Shown piece by piece: positions 1 through 31,934 of a stretch of DNA of 64,000 bases (positions are counted from its first letter, which is position 1; each line of letters begins with the position of its first letter). The position numbers were made by a program, and so were the translations under genes. This stretch comes from Paraspadella gotoi (lineage: Eukaryota; Animalia; Chaetognatha), in contig CM119263.1 of assembly GCA_051294375.1 (NCBI GenBank), forward strand, positions 17,818,628-17,882,627, given 5' to 3'. The notes beneath the pieces were generated by a model, which was not told the DNA's origin, did no database searches, and saw only the letters and a program-made list of their open reading frames with translations.

Positions 1-30
1 TCAGCCGCGAAGGGTGAGGCCTGAACTCAC

Positions 31-17515
<17,485 letters not shown>

Positions 17516-17543
17516 CTCGAGGCGATCCTCACGCGAAGAGGCG

Positions 17544-17610
<67 letters not shown>

Positions 17611-18143
17611 CGTAGTGTTTTTGTTGTGAGATTTTTTTTTGGGGGGCGGGCGGGAGACGGCGTAATTTAGTTTATTCAGTGAAGGAATTTTTCTCTCTTT
17701 GGAATTTTTGAGAGACGGAGATTATTTCTTGCACACGAGTTGTATTTTTGGAAAGGCGTCACCACCAGGTAGTGAAGGGTCACTCTTTGATGAGTTATCT
17801 AAATAAGGAAGTTAATATTTTTTCTATCCTTCTCAACGGCACAGACAAATTGCGGACGCGGAAAAAAAAAACCAGAAGGATTCGATGTGAAATGAGTGAG
17901 AGACAAAAAATGGAGAGAGAGACAAAAATGGGAGAGAGACAGATGAGAGAGAGAGGGAGAGAGAGAGAGAGGGAGGAAAGAAGATCGTGAAAAAACCGCG
18001 GCGGAATACGTATTGGTGGGAAGGAGGAGGAGGAGGAGGATGTGAAGATTCTCACGACAACGACGACGACGTAGAGAACCGAAACGAACGTCGATGACTG
18101 ACGGATAAAAAAAATTCGTATTTGTACCCCGAGCGAATAGTGA

Positions 18144-18220
<77 letters not shown>

Positions 18221-18993
18221 GAGAGAGAGAGAGAGAATAAAAAATATCGGTTATCTAATCCCTTTCGTTAGAAGCGGCCCTTTTCGAAAACGGTTGCAAA
18301 CGGTAGTTACCTCAGAGATTCCGTCAGAGTTGTTTTAATTTCAATTTTTAAAATTAGACGTTGAACAATGCTATAAAATTAATTTATCGATTTCGTAAGT
18401 ATCTCGCTTAATTACTAAATTAGGATTTATTGCGTATTTTACAATTTTATAATATTTGCAAGTTAAATGTAATTTTTTTTTTCAGCTCCGAGACGAAATT
18501 TGTTTATTCTGCGTCTCGCGACTCCCTGGTTTGTTTATTTTCGATTAAAGTTGTAATAGTATTTTTGGGAGAAATTAAATCGTTAAATAATATTTAACTT
18601 TTTGATTGGAAAAGATTTGATGGGAAATTGAAATGTAAATTTGGTCAGTGGTTTCCTTTTTTTGATGGACGACGACGACGACGACGACGAAGACGACGAC
18701 GAAAATCGCGAGAATTTTATTCTCCCAACGAAAGAAAACGACGGCAAAAAAGGAGGAAGAGCGGGAAAGAGGAAGAGGAGGAAGGGCGTACGGATGAGGA
18801 GGAGGAGGAAGAGGACTCCAGGGGATGAGGGGAGGAAGAGGAAAGAAAAATGGAAAAAATGGAAGAAAAAGATTTTCTCCACTTTTTTTTTTTTGCTCGG
18901 AAAACATTTGGAATGGATGCTTTAAATAAATTTTTCGAACAAAACGAGACTCAGAATACTAATTATCAGCGTCCGTCGCAGGGAGAGATCTGG

Positions 18994-19063
<70 letters not shown>

Positions 19064-19571
19064 AGAGAGAGAGCTCTTGTGCAGTTGTTTCATGTGTTGT
19101 TTTTCTGATCTTCATCCTTTCTTCAGTTATGTTTTTCTTTCTTTTTTAAATTCATTTTTATTGCCCTATTTATTTTCGTCCATTCTTTCGAAAGGAAAGT
19201 TCAATCTGAGGGGAAAAATAATTCATATGTACAAGTACAACTATGCGCCTCTTATGATGAAGCAAAGTCATCACACTATATGGGAGTGTTCCACATTCCA
19301 CAATCTTGAAACCCAAATATTCAACCTAAGCTTTGAGCAAGTATTCACTATTCATATGGTGATTCTAGAAATACTCTCACGTAGGATTGCGCATATGAAA
19401 TTTGAAAAAAATCCACAAAAAAAAAAACAGACAAGAAAACAGATTTAAGAACATGTGAGGAAATGGGATCATGAATCAAATTTCACTTTAGTAAGAACTA
19501 AAGTGAAGAAAAAAAATCAATATTTTTTCACTCGTTTGTCTAAGAGGGAGAGAGACATTGGCAAGACATCA

Positions 19572-19632
<61 letters not shown>

Positions 19633-19878
19633 CGACGTTGAGTTAATTTCTTCGATTTTCTCGATGATTATTCGATGGCGCTGACAGCGGCCGCCTGGAG
19701 GAGAAAAAGAAAAAAGGAAAAAAAGAAAAGACATTTAGATTTAATTCATCTTTTATTCTCTCTTTATTTTCTTTATTTATCTTTTCCCGTTTTCTTAATC
19801 CGTTTCTCTTCAGATTTCGTACTTTATTTTTTACTCGAGTTCTTCCCCGGGGCAATATTTTCTGTGCGAGCTCCGTGA

Positions 19879-19910
<32 letters not shown>

Positions 19911-20121
19911 TTTCTCATCCCCGCCCGCTCATTCCGTTCTTCAAGAAATAATCATTCTNNNNNNNNNNAAAGCCATTACAGAGACAAAGCACTCGCTCTC
20001 TCTCTTCATGGTCTCATCCGTTATGTTCGACGTGAAAAATAGACGCGGGACGAGTTTCCCTTTTAACTCTTTGTTCAGAGAAAATTAACGTCAAATTAAA
20101 ACCTTTCCTCAAAAGAGGAAA

Positions 20122-20220
<99 letters not shown>

Positions 20221-20502
20221 CTCTTCATTTTCCACCAAGCTTTTAAACTTAGCAAGTCTTGTTCCGCAGATATTAAAAGGTCTTTTCTTGAGTTGGTCGA
20301 CGAAAGGGCTTTTGTTTACCCGTTATGCCAACAGCCTTATCACTTAAAATAACAACAACAACAACAGAACAACAACAAAAAGCATCAAATGAAACAGTTT
20401 TATTCGATTCGCGGAGAATTTAGATAAGATCGATTTCCTTACCGAAAAAAAAAATCAAAAAAAAATTTTGTTTCTTCAATATTGTCTTTTTGACAGAGAG
20501 AT

Positions 20503-20533
<31 letters not shown>

Positions 20534-23369
20534 AGATATTGAGTGGGCAATTTTTATCATATTAATATTATCATTATTATCATTTTTGGATTATTAGAAA
20601 TATTGACAATAAACTTTAACATTTTCATCTACATTCCTTCACCGCCATCTTTGTCGTTGTCGTTGTCGCCGTCGTATCTTTGGCGCCTCGCTCTAGTATT
20701 TGGGGCAAGTGAGGTCGGGAGCCGTATCGTCGCCGCAGCGGCCGGCGTCGTCGCCGCAGCGCCCGCCGACGCCGCCGCGGCCGTCGTCGTCGTCGTCGTC
20801 ATCGTCGTTGTCTTCTATGTTTTAAAATATTTGGCGACTCGAGGGAGAAAGAGTTTCTCGGGTGAGTTCATCATTGATAAGATGATTGAGGTTTGGAATG
20901 AAACGAGGTAAGTTATCTGCGAATAAAACGGTTGTTCTGGATTCGGTTGAGATGGAGATAAGTCGATAATCAACTTACTTCACCGCTGCCAAAACAAAAA
21001 AAAAAAAAACAAAAAACAAAAACCAAAACAAAACCCTCGCAAAAAACCAAAAATATCGAGAGAAAACGGAAGATGGAATAAAAAATCTAGGAAAGGTTAA
21101 AAGTCTGAATGAGGAGACATAAAATATCTAATATTTTCCCAACAACACTTAATATTTAAAGCGGGGGAATTCGCCTCCTACTTCTGGGTCGAACGAAATT
21201 TCTATCCCCAACCCAAATCACTCTGTCTCCATCCCACCCACCATTCCCTTTCCTTCCCTTCCCTTTTTGACACCATCATCAAAAAAATGACGGAATTTTC
21301 GGCATCGTTGTTGTTGTTGTTATTGTTGTTGTTGTTATTGCGATTCTTTATCGTTTTCTTGTTTTTTATTTCTTTATTTTCAACTGTTGATAAAGATAAA
21401 AGAATTTGTAACATCTTTTATTTCCTACTGATATTTTTTTTCCTCTCTTCTTCGCCATTTTTATCGTTTTTTTTCCCTTTTTTCCGCCTTTTTTCCTTCC
21501 TTTTTTTCTCCTTTTTCTTTGGCGAAGGAATAAAAAATGTTTTCTATTTTGGCGGCGTGAAAAATTGATGGCGCCTATCAACGGAGGCGGCCAAAGAGTC
21601 GTCGTCGTTATCGTCTATGCAGCGGCGGCGCCGCCACCCTTGCCGCTCTGCTGCTGCTCTTGATGCTCACGCTGCGGTTAGTTGTAGCTCTTATTCTTGT
21701 TGAGTGGCATCGTAAAATTTTCTAATTATTTTCTTTAACGATTTTTCAATCTTCATGTTTACGTCGTTACCGTTTGACTATTAGATATTAAATGTCATTC
21801 ACGCCATGTTATCGCTTTTAACTTTGTTGTCTCCCCACTTTGGGCGTCGTTTTTATCGTCTTCATCGTCGTCGTCGTCGTCGTCGTCGTCGTCATCGTCG
21901 TTGATTGTTTTGGGAAAAGTCGGGGATCCCTCTTAATCCTTGATGGTTCTTCATGGAGCCAAAATCGAGTTTGTAAGTGGATCGCCTCCTCTTCCTCCGC
22001 CTTCTTCGTCGTCGTCATCTTCGTCGTCGTCGTCGTAATCGTCGTCATCAGCATCATAATGCTTTCGCATTATTGTTTTCGGCTTAATTACTATACCGTC
22101 TTCATTCTATCGATAATTCGATAATCCTCTATTTTCGAACATTGTCATTGTAAATAACTTTAGCCCCGCAAGAATTTGACAATTTCATTTTCGTCGTCGT
22201 CATCGTCGTCGTCATCCTCATCTTCGTCGTCGTCGTCGTCTTCGTCCTCGCTGCCGTGGTCCCCTAATCGGCGACCTTTTCCATCTTTTATGAAAAACCA
22301 TTTTCTTTTGGATCGACTTATCTTTTCCCCCGACGATGAGAAGAGCGCGTCTCTTTTGGCGCTCGACCACGCCCCTCTCCTTTTTGGCTCTCCCTTTTTT
22401 CTCCTTAGATTCTCTTTTGGCGCTCGACGACGCCCCTCTCTTCTCTGCCTCTTCTTTCCTTTTCTTCTTTATCTCCCTTCCCTTTCCTTTTCTCAAATAG
22501 GTCGCCGTAATACAAAACCGACACCACCACTTCATTTACAACACTCCGGTGTGCACTCCCTCGCCGCCCAACCCAATTTCCCGCCCACAGCCCCACACCC
22601 TAATTTACCACTGCTTACCTGACCACACCGCACGGCACACTTCAACTCGCTCACTTCTACCTTTAAACCCCATTTCCCCGCTCCTCTCCCCCTCCCCTCC
22701 TCCTCCTTCCTCCCCCCTCCCCCCCCCCCATCGGCCCACCCAAAGCGTCGAGCGAATTGAGGTAACACAATCTTTTCACTTTGGGTTTTTATCTTTTATC
22801 CGCGAAGCCTTTTATCTTCTTTCGCGGTTCCTCTCTCCCTTTTACTTCTCTATTACTGATTCCTGTTTACTTTTTTGTTTTCTTTTCGAAGCGGACGTCA
22901 CTCTTCGCCCTCTAACTCGGTGAGGCGTTTTTCTTACCTTTCCCTTTCCCTCTCTATCTCATCCATCTTTCCCCCCCTGTCTCTCTCTCTCTCATTTCTC
23001 TCTCTCTCTCTCTCTCCTCTCTCTCTTCTCTCTCTCTCTCTCTCTCTCTCTCAGTCGATCAATTTCCTCCTCATCTCGAATGCAAATGAGGTTCCATCTT
23101 CGCCGCCTTTCACTTTTCATTCCATTTTTCTTAACCTCACCTTTTTATCTATATCCGAGGTTCTTTATTTCTTTCTTTTCCTTTCTTTCTTTCTTTCTTT
23201 TCTTCTCTTCCTTCTTCTTCTTTTTTTTCTTATCTTTCTTTTCTTTTCTTTATCCTTCTTTTCTTTTATCCTTAATCTCTTTCGTTCTTTTCCTTATTTT
23301 TTTTCTTCCTCTCTAGTGCTTTTTTTATTTTCCTTTATAAATCTTTCTTTCTTTTCTTATTTATTTTTT

Positions 23370-23445
<76 letters not shown>

Positions 23446-23814
23446 TTTATATTTGTTTTCTTCTCTTAAATCTTTTTCTTTTTTTATTTTGTTTGCATGA
23501 TGACATGATTATTTTTATTGTTAACTGAAGAAGTTTAAAATAAACCTCACAGATTGTGTGAATTATGAACAACTATTTGAAATACGCGCGCTTTTTTCTT
23601 TTCTTTTTTTCTTTCTTTCATTCTTTATTAGCGTGGATTTAGCGCCCACGATAACGACGTTAGAAGATAATCAATTTGCGGAAAACTCTAATTAACTCTC
23701 ATTTCCGAGAGAGAGAGAGAGAGTGAGAGAGAGAGTCTGTCTCTGCGTTGTTGCACGTAGGTGTGTGTGTGTGTGTGAGAGGAGAGAAAGACCAATAGGG
23801 AGGGAGGGAAGGGG

Positions 23815-23892
<78 letters not shown>

Positions 23893-24135
23893 AGAGAAAG
23901 AGCGAGTAAGAAAGAAAAATTTTTTCCAGCGATGAATAGGAAGGCAAATTCGATAATTTGATAATCATCGAGAAATTTAGCCGAGATTCTTTCTTTTTTT
24001 TTTCTTTAGTTTTTCTTTCGCTATTTTTTTTTCAAATCTTTTTTTGTTTCTTTTTTTATAGTTTATCTTTATTAAATCATAAATACGATTATAATTGTAC
24101 AAAAATGTGAATAATTTTTGGCAAAAAATTACAAT

Positions 24136-25348
24136 TCATGGACAATTTTTCTTCACTTCATCACATTTGGCAGAGATCGCGTCGTACTCGGCCGGTTTGC
24201 CCGAGAACCCGCTGCTGATTAAAGCGTTCATTAAACTGAAAAAAAAAAACGAGTTAATAAGTTTAAGGGGACCCAGTGATAAAAATGATATCATAAGCTT
24301 AAGGGTCTATCATCAAAGGAATTTGAATGGTGATAGTCATTAATTTTTCTTTGCACAGGAAAGTAGCAAAAAAATTCCTATCTCTTATTGTAGCGGAAAC
24401 AAAAATTTAATAATTATGAAAAAAAAATTTAGTTAACCCTACCTAAATATTTATATAATCCATTATTTTATTTTTGCATTAGAAAGTATTTTTTACTAAA
24501 TTCCAATTTTTTTATTTTTTACTGTACAAAGCTATAATTTTAGGTTTAAGCCTCATTGAACAAAGGCTTTACAAGACTAATATTTTTATATTTTTATATT
24601 TACTTAAAAGCAGACAAATCAAACCTAAATTCTATTCTTACAGAAACAAAACTGTAATAATTATTAATTAATATTCATATTCATCCCTTAAATGTATAAT
24701 TAAACTATATTGATTCCTAATTATAACAATTAAAAATTTAGCAAAAGTACAGAATCTTTCTCTTCTTTTTATATTTATATTACTTCAAAGAGTTTTATTT
24801 TCATCCAATTAACAGAATCATTTGAAAAGAAAGTTTCAATAAAATCAGTCGATACCTTAAATTTTGATTCATTCCTAGTTTTTTTTCTTATAAATTTTTG
24901 TGATAAAAGCTGAAAATCTTTTTAAAATTAGATCTTACCCTTTTTTGGAGAAAAAAAATTTTAAACTTGAAAAAGATTTTCTTCTTACCGATTTTTTAAA
25001 GAAAATTAAGCTCGCTGATTTTATCGAATTTTTTAACTACTTTCCCAAATGATTATAGAAGAAAAAATTATATGATCAGAACCAGCTTAAGTTAAAGGGT
25101 CAAACGTTATGTTTTTAGCTTTTTACCCCCCCTGTTCACTTGGTCCCCTTAAATGAGAAACAATTTATACGGAAAGTTGACTTTTGAAATAAATACTTGA
25201 GGTATTCCTCGCAATACTGAAAGTATTCTCGGTTGCAGACCGGCTTGGGCGTTGTGGTGATAGAGGGATTGAAGCTTCCCGAACTGTTGCATCCCGTCGT
25301 CGACGCTATCATCGTCATCAATGACATCAACGATGATGTCAGTGTCAT
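24136..25348 (-). CDS. Small putative secreted Cys-rich protein, paralog 2 (~83 aa), unknown family
   Basis: Exon 25348-25197 MTLTSSLMSLMTMIASTTGCNSSGSFNPSITTTPKPVCNREYFQYCEEYL, phase-2 intron (AA|gtattt...ttttcag|T), exon 24235-24136 (N)LMNALISSGFSGKPAEYDAISAKCDEVKKNCP*. Supported by motif-level alignment to the neighbouring paralog. The donor and the signal peptide are weak. Confidence 0.65.
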
Positions 25349-25765
25349 AATTCTGACAGATGATTTTAACATACTGCGAAAAATAGCACGAGATTCTAAC
25401 AACGGTATTTTTTTAAAAAAAATTTATTTTGCTCTCGCACAGAAGAATTTTTATGAATCCAGCACCATCAATCTTAAACAATTTGAAATGTTTAATTATA
25501 CAAATTAGTTTATTTACATTTTAAAATCGGATCTGGTTTTTTTTTTTATAGTATATTTGTAGCCGATTTATGCGCCGAAGTTTTAGCTAAAATTCCAGAT
25601 TGAGCCAAATATTTTTATCCATTTCGACTGTTTTGCGAATCGAATCGCATCAAGCTTTAAATTTCATTTTTTGTTTTTTTTTGGTTCAAAAAGAATTCAA
25701 CTCTGAGCGACCAAGAGTCTCCTTTTCCTTTCTTCTCCACGGCCGGATTGACCATCGCCCGGATT

Positions 25766-26387
25766 TCAACTCCCACCGCAAATCGCGTTGTTGGGTTCGC
25801 ATTTGCTGACTTGGCTCTCGTAATTCGGTGGGCGTGGCCAAAAGTTGTAGTAATTATTCCAGGCGAGAACGTAGAATTTGCACCAAGCTAACAGCGCTTG
25901 GTCGCAGGGAGGCGGCGTTGGTGGCGCCGGAGGGGAATTTCCTGGCGGCGATGGCGCCGAAGGAAAAAAAAATATTGGTTTTAAAGGAAAAACTTGATGA
26001 TGAGAAAGAAAATAAGAATTTGTAATGACGAAGAACATTTACAAAAAAAATAGGGGGAACGACTGCAACATTGGCATTACTTAGATGTTCTTTAGAGTTA
26101 TCAGTTATCAGTTATCGAAATATAGATTATTTAATATCAAAAACACAGAATTTTTGTTTTTGCTTTGTAATTTCTTGTTTTACATTGTCATTGAAAGGGA
26201 AAAAAGCAATGACATAAGAGACTGAACAAACATAAAATAAACGTATTTTCTTTCAGTGCAAAGTCTCAAGCTTACCAGTGTTGCTGTTGCAGGCAAAAAC
26301 GGCGGGAAACAGGAAACAAAAAAGGACGAGTTTAAGTAGATCGGATTTCAAGTCCCCCAGCGCCCCGCTCCTCCTTTTTTCTTCCAT
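25766..26387 (-). CDS. Small putative secreted Cys-rich protein, paralog 1 (~112 aa), unknown family
   Basis: Exon 26387-26276 MEEKRRSGALGDLKSDLLKLVLFCFLFPAVFACNSNT (signal-peptide-like, VFA|C) with a strong G|gtaagc donor; in-frame phase-1 join to 25992-25766 VFPLKPIFFFPSAPSPPGNSPPAPPTPPPCDQALLAWCKFYVLAWNNYYNFWPRPPNYESQVSKCEPNNAICGGS*. Confidence 0.7.
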
Positions 26388-28540
26388 CGGCTCTTTTTCG
26401 TTTCTAACGTCGCAGAAACAACGAAGTGGTTTTTTGTTGTTGTTGTTGTTAAATTGTTTGATGAAAAATCAGACGATCCTTTGGCTAAAGAGTAATTATG
26501 GAAGGCGAAGGCACGAAGCTTCCATTCAAATGATAATCCGCAAATATGCTAATCACGTTATTGTTCCCCGTTTTTCTTGTCTTTTTGTCGCTTGTTTCCT
26601 TCGCTTAAATCGATATTTCTAAACGACAGTGATGTTTATAGATTGGAGCTAGTCAGCTGGTGAAAAATATTAGCATTTTTTACCTGCATCGTGGTAGGCT
26701 TTCTGGTTTTTAGCGTTTAGTGTCTACTGGCATTTAAGAGTCGCAACTAAGTAAGTAGACGTGGTATAGGCAAACCAAATTTAAAACAGATATTAAAGTA
26801 AAATAAACAAGCAATCTAAATAAACAAGATGTGACTCGAATATATATAATATTTTTTATATATATATAGCAATTATCATAAGTAGTTAGCGACTTGAATA
26901 ACAAGACCAACAAGTTTTTTTGGCGTGAAATTTCTTTTTGTGAGATTTCGACAGCTTTTCCTAGAATTCAGCCATGAATGAGAATTTCAATCTATTTTCC
27001 CCTTCCCGTCTTAAATGTCGTCGACCAACAACAGGATTTCTGTTTCGGCGCAAAAAATTGAAACTCGATATTTTTTCTTAATTATGGTTATTATTTCTTT
27101 GCAATTTCTGAAAAACTCTCCAATTTAATTTTTTTTTAATTGTTCTGAGACGAGATTCCATTTTGTTTTTCTTGCAAATTTTCTGTCAAAATTATTATTT
27201 TTTGCTTTCATCAAAACCAATTAAAAAATTTTCGTAGATACAATTACAACAGATTAGAGTTTTAATAATTTTCTTCGCGACCGAATTTCAAAAGAAAAAA
27301 AGAACCCGAAACAAGAATAGAAAGAAAGAGCAACAATGAACGCGGTTTTAATTTATTTCTTTATGACGAGGTCGTCCTACATATTTCCCGCTTTCTCATC
27401 AAAAGTCATGACAGTGTGACGGCATATTCACACAGCCTCACGTCCATCATCGTTCATCCAATCCCATTGGCTCAGAGGGGGTACACACCATCCCAGGCGT
27501 TGTGTTCCATCCACAGTCTTCCATCCAACGACTTCCCTTTGCGTTGGCAAAGCGAGACCGTCCGAGGGTGACTGGAGGCGTCGCTGAGCGTCGGAAGCCC
27601 CCAAAGCCAGCAGTGAGTTCCACCCATCCCAATGGGCATCACAGGCAACCCGGCTTTTTCAATAACACAGTTTTATTTTTTGACCAACAACAATAACAAC
27701 AACAAACGAGACGACGAGGACAACAACGGCCGACGCGTCCATCCCGAGCGTTGGAAGCGAAAATCGTATAAAGGAACGCGGATACCCGGAAGCGTGACTG
27801 GACCGGAAACGGCGCCGGCGAATCGTCGCGCGGCGCCGAAAATTTTCGTCGTAAAATCGGGGAAATTCGTCGGCGCAAAACGAGTTTACGGTTGGACGCC
27901 GGCGAATCTCGGCTTTTCGGTGCCGGAAAGAGGGAAAAGAGGGAAGGAGAAATGTGAGAGGGGTATGGGACCGGTGTGGGATAAGGGATATGGGTGCATG
28001 GAAGAAGGATTGGGTTTGAGTAGAGTTGTGGGATTAAGGTTGGAGGAAAGATGGATGTGGCAAAGGAAAATAAGTTGAGGTTAAAAGGGTTAAGTTCAAT
28101 GGGGAAAAAAGTTTTGGAGAGATCGGGTTTTTTTTTTAAATGAGACGACTTGGCGGAGGATTTTAAGGACAATTCTTGCGATTAAAATCAAAGCGATAAA
28201 AATTCTAATCTAGGTCTAATCTAGGTCTAATCTAGGTCAAACTTTTATTTTTATTAATATCAAAAACAATATAAAAATATATTGGAGAATATATTGGTCC
28301 TAGTTATTCTGTGGGACAATTGTCTGGTGGCGCTTTTATATCTAAATGAGAAGGGATTCCGTCGTTGGGTAACTATTTGAAGAAAAGTTTTGCAAATGAA
28401 TGTCACAAATCAAATTTAACCTTGAGCAACGTTTCAACTTTTCGCAATTTTGCTCGTGTAGCATTTGCTGCAGCAGCAACCAAGAACCACGGGAGATGAA
28501 AACACGGTCGTGGGTAATGAAACTGAAACGGAGCGGAAAC

Positions 28541-28579
<39 letters not shown>

Positions 28580-28612
28580 TTACCCCCTTAATTTCCTTCA
28601 CTAAATCGAGGG

Positions 28613-28741
<129 letters not shown>

Positions 28742-30202
28742 GATTGATATACTCCCCGTTAAACAAACTTCATGGGAACGTTTAGTTTCTGTCCCTCATG
28801 CCGAGCGTCTCCTCTTGCTCTTTTGTCTGCAGCTTATCCTCCTCCTTCTCCTCCTCCTCTTCTCTCCTCACTGATTCACGCCTTCCTCAGCAATTAAGTC
28901 TGCGATTAGCGTCGATGTCCACGCGTCGATGACAAGAAAAGAAGACAAAGGAAAAAAAAAGAAAAAAAAGGAAAGACAACAAAGAAGAGAAGGGGAAACG
29001 AGTTGAAACATGTGTAAAGGTTTATTTCACTATAATTAAAAATTATTAGGACATTGAGCGACAAGGAATATATAATTTTGTATTCTTTCACCTTATATTG
29101 TCTCTTCTTCCTCGTCGTCTTGGTATTCGTCGTCGTCATCGTCTTTATCTGCGTCGCTGTCTCTGTTAAATCGAGCGAAACTTTGACTATTTTCGCTCAA
29201 GATCGAAAATAAAACGCGCCAAGAGTCACGGAAAACTCGGGACGTCATATAATAGATCTTGAAAGCGCTATAACGTTCCTAGAGGTTCCAGGAGTCGCAT
29301 TACATTCCAAATAAACCAGAACAATAAGATGGTATTTCTTTATAGAATCATGTCGCACGTCGTCCGGCGACTCTTGGGACTTCTGCTTCGGGTGGCGTTG
29401 GTGGCGGCACGTGCGAAAAAAGAGCGCGACGGCGCGTGAACGACGCCCCGTGCCGCAGCGTCCCGTCCTGCGCGCCGCGGGACATCGAGGGAAAACGACG
29501 ACGTCTCGCTAGACGGACGTCGGATCGGGTTAGAGGAAGATGCGCGCGCATGAGCATGCGATGGAAATGTGCAAAAAGAGACAATGACGGTTGGGAAAGA
29601 TGGGTTACACGCGAGCGGGAGGACGGGTCACATGTGAGACAGCGTCGCGCGAGAGAGACGGCGTCACCGAAGCTGAGACAAATCGCTCGAGTAAATTTTT
29701 AATGCGACGATGAAGGAGAAAAATTGGGGAAACGAAATCTTTGATAGGAGAGAGAGAGACAGCGCGATTAAGGTTAGGTTGCCGAAAAAGGAAATGAAAG
29801 AAAAAAGTAAGTGATTCAAAACCTATTTCAAAGAATTCTGTGAAAGCATGAAACATTTTTCTCGTCTTTTATGAAATGAAAAAATTGTCATTTCTACCTG
29901 AAATTCCTAATCAGCAAAAATATATATATTTTTTTTAAATATTGGTTTTGACCTCACTTTATCGGCAGTCATTAGATTGTATCTAAAGTCTCAACTTTAA
30001 TTTGGTTCGCGATATCGAAATCAGTTTATTGTTAAATCCAAGAAACCAGGAGTTAATAAATCTCCCGATTTGAATTCTTTCGTCTAAGTGATTTATACTT
30101 ATTTCAGTTTTATTTATTTTTTTTAAATTTATACTTATTATAGTTCATTCCCTTTGTCGGCGAGGCTTTTTTTCTGCGCACAGAAATAAACAACAAAGGA
30201 AG

Positions 30203-30318
<116 letters not shown>

Positions 30319-31934
30319 TTCTTCTGTTAATAGTTCAAGGTCCAGCCGTAGTCACCGATGGATATGAAGATCTCGAACTTAACGATAATGCTCTCCGGTC
30401 CCTCGCGATACCCAAAGTCCTAAACTGAACGGCGCTGAGTGACTAAGATCCAATGGAGGAACGAGCAATTAAGAATTTGGGAAAGCATATCTACATTTTT
30501 TGCGAGGAACGCTTGCCGCTCCTCGCTATGCTATGGTCATGAAAAAAACAATTATAAAAAAATTAATACATACGACCTGAAAATGTAAAGGGAATAAGAA
30601 TTATAACGGTTCCGTCTTTCCGTTTGCTTGCTAATTAACTATCATGGATTCTCTTGGGACAACTTGATTTTAAAACCGCTTGACACGAAGGATATGAGCT
30701 CACTCTCTGTCTCTCTCTTTCTTTCTTTCTCTCTCTCTTCTCCGTCATGAATCGAAAACTTAATCAAAAAGAGGAGAGATATTTGACGCGTTTTGTTAAT
30801 GAAATTAGTCTATCGGTTTTGGATGAACGTAAAACTCGGAGCGAATTCGCATGTCGTTTTTGAAAAAAAAAAACTTATCGGATAAGGTTTTCATTATTTA
30901 ATTAAATAGGAGTGAGTGATAGAAATAATACAGAATTTAGGAAAAGGTATTAAGAGTAATAGCGAATATTACTAGAATTGTTTTTAAATATAGAAAGCTG
31001 TAAGCTAGTTAAATGCAAGCGAACTATGAGTATCAGCCCGTGAATGATTACCAAGAGAGATCATCCTTTGACAAGCGAAGTTAAGTATAAAGTATATAAA
31101 GGAAGTGTGTGGAGTGCCATGTGAGATTGAGACGAGCACAAAAAGGTAGAAGAGATTTTTTATAAATTTCCCCATTGTTTATCCATGGATTCGTCTGTTT
31201 TTTCAAAATAAGAATTTCATATCGGACTGAACATCAATTCTGTTCCGCCACGAAAACATCTCCTTGCGGTTAAGGGAGAGGCAATTCAATTTAAATGAAG
31301 GTGGTGTTCACTTGTTTGCTTCAACTTAATAAGTACGTTGAAATCCAAGAGAGGTCGTCCTAACCGTTGAAAAAGTTGCAGGATCAACAAAAGGATATTT
31401 TATCAAACAAGCCAAATATTTTTTTGCCAAAAACATATGTTAAACTATCAACATTTTTTACCCGTTTTTTGGCCTATGCCAGCGAAGAAATCTTTTTCGA
31501 CTTCGTAGTTGCCAACTTCAACAAAACGTGACAACAAGACAATTCTCAAATTTTATTAACTGCAAGTTAATTTCTGGAATTTCTGTGCTCTAGATTTTTT
31601 TTGAAAAAGGCCAAACACATAGTTCCTGAATAAAAAATTGTTTTTTATTCAATTATTGTAATTTCCAAAAACAGTTTATAAAAGTGGCATTATTTTTTTA
31701 AGAGGTGTTTTTGAACATAGAAAAATAATACACTTAAGTGACAAAAATTGGAAATTGGAAATTGGTGTTTATCGAAAACATATGACAAAAATACTTTTTT
31801 CGGAAAATTAAAGGGCGTTTTTATTATCAGACGCATCTTGAGTGAATATACGGTTAAGAGAGCAAGTGTAAATTATAAATGAAAATGGGGCAAAGGAAAA
31901 GGAACTAAATTTTGAAAGCGCCTTCCTCTATGTA

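Noticed and set aside
20628-20802. GC-rich minus-strand ORF MTTTTTAAAASAGAAATTP...
   Set aside because: Low complexity from GAC/GCC triplets, with no motif or splice link to Tlx.
25136-25352. Alternative reading of the paralog-2 exon (unspliced ...RINCFSFKGTK, or NYDTDIIVDV... as a third exon of paralog 1)
   Set aside because: Only the spliced model ending KCDEVKKNCP reproduces the paralog's P-xx-Y...KC-x6-C motif.
27410-27920. GC-balanced block with several overlapping short ORFs
   Set aside because: No frame gives a recognisable protein or consistent splice sites; may be an unclassified repeat.
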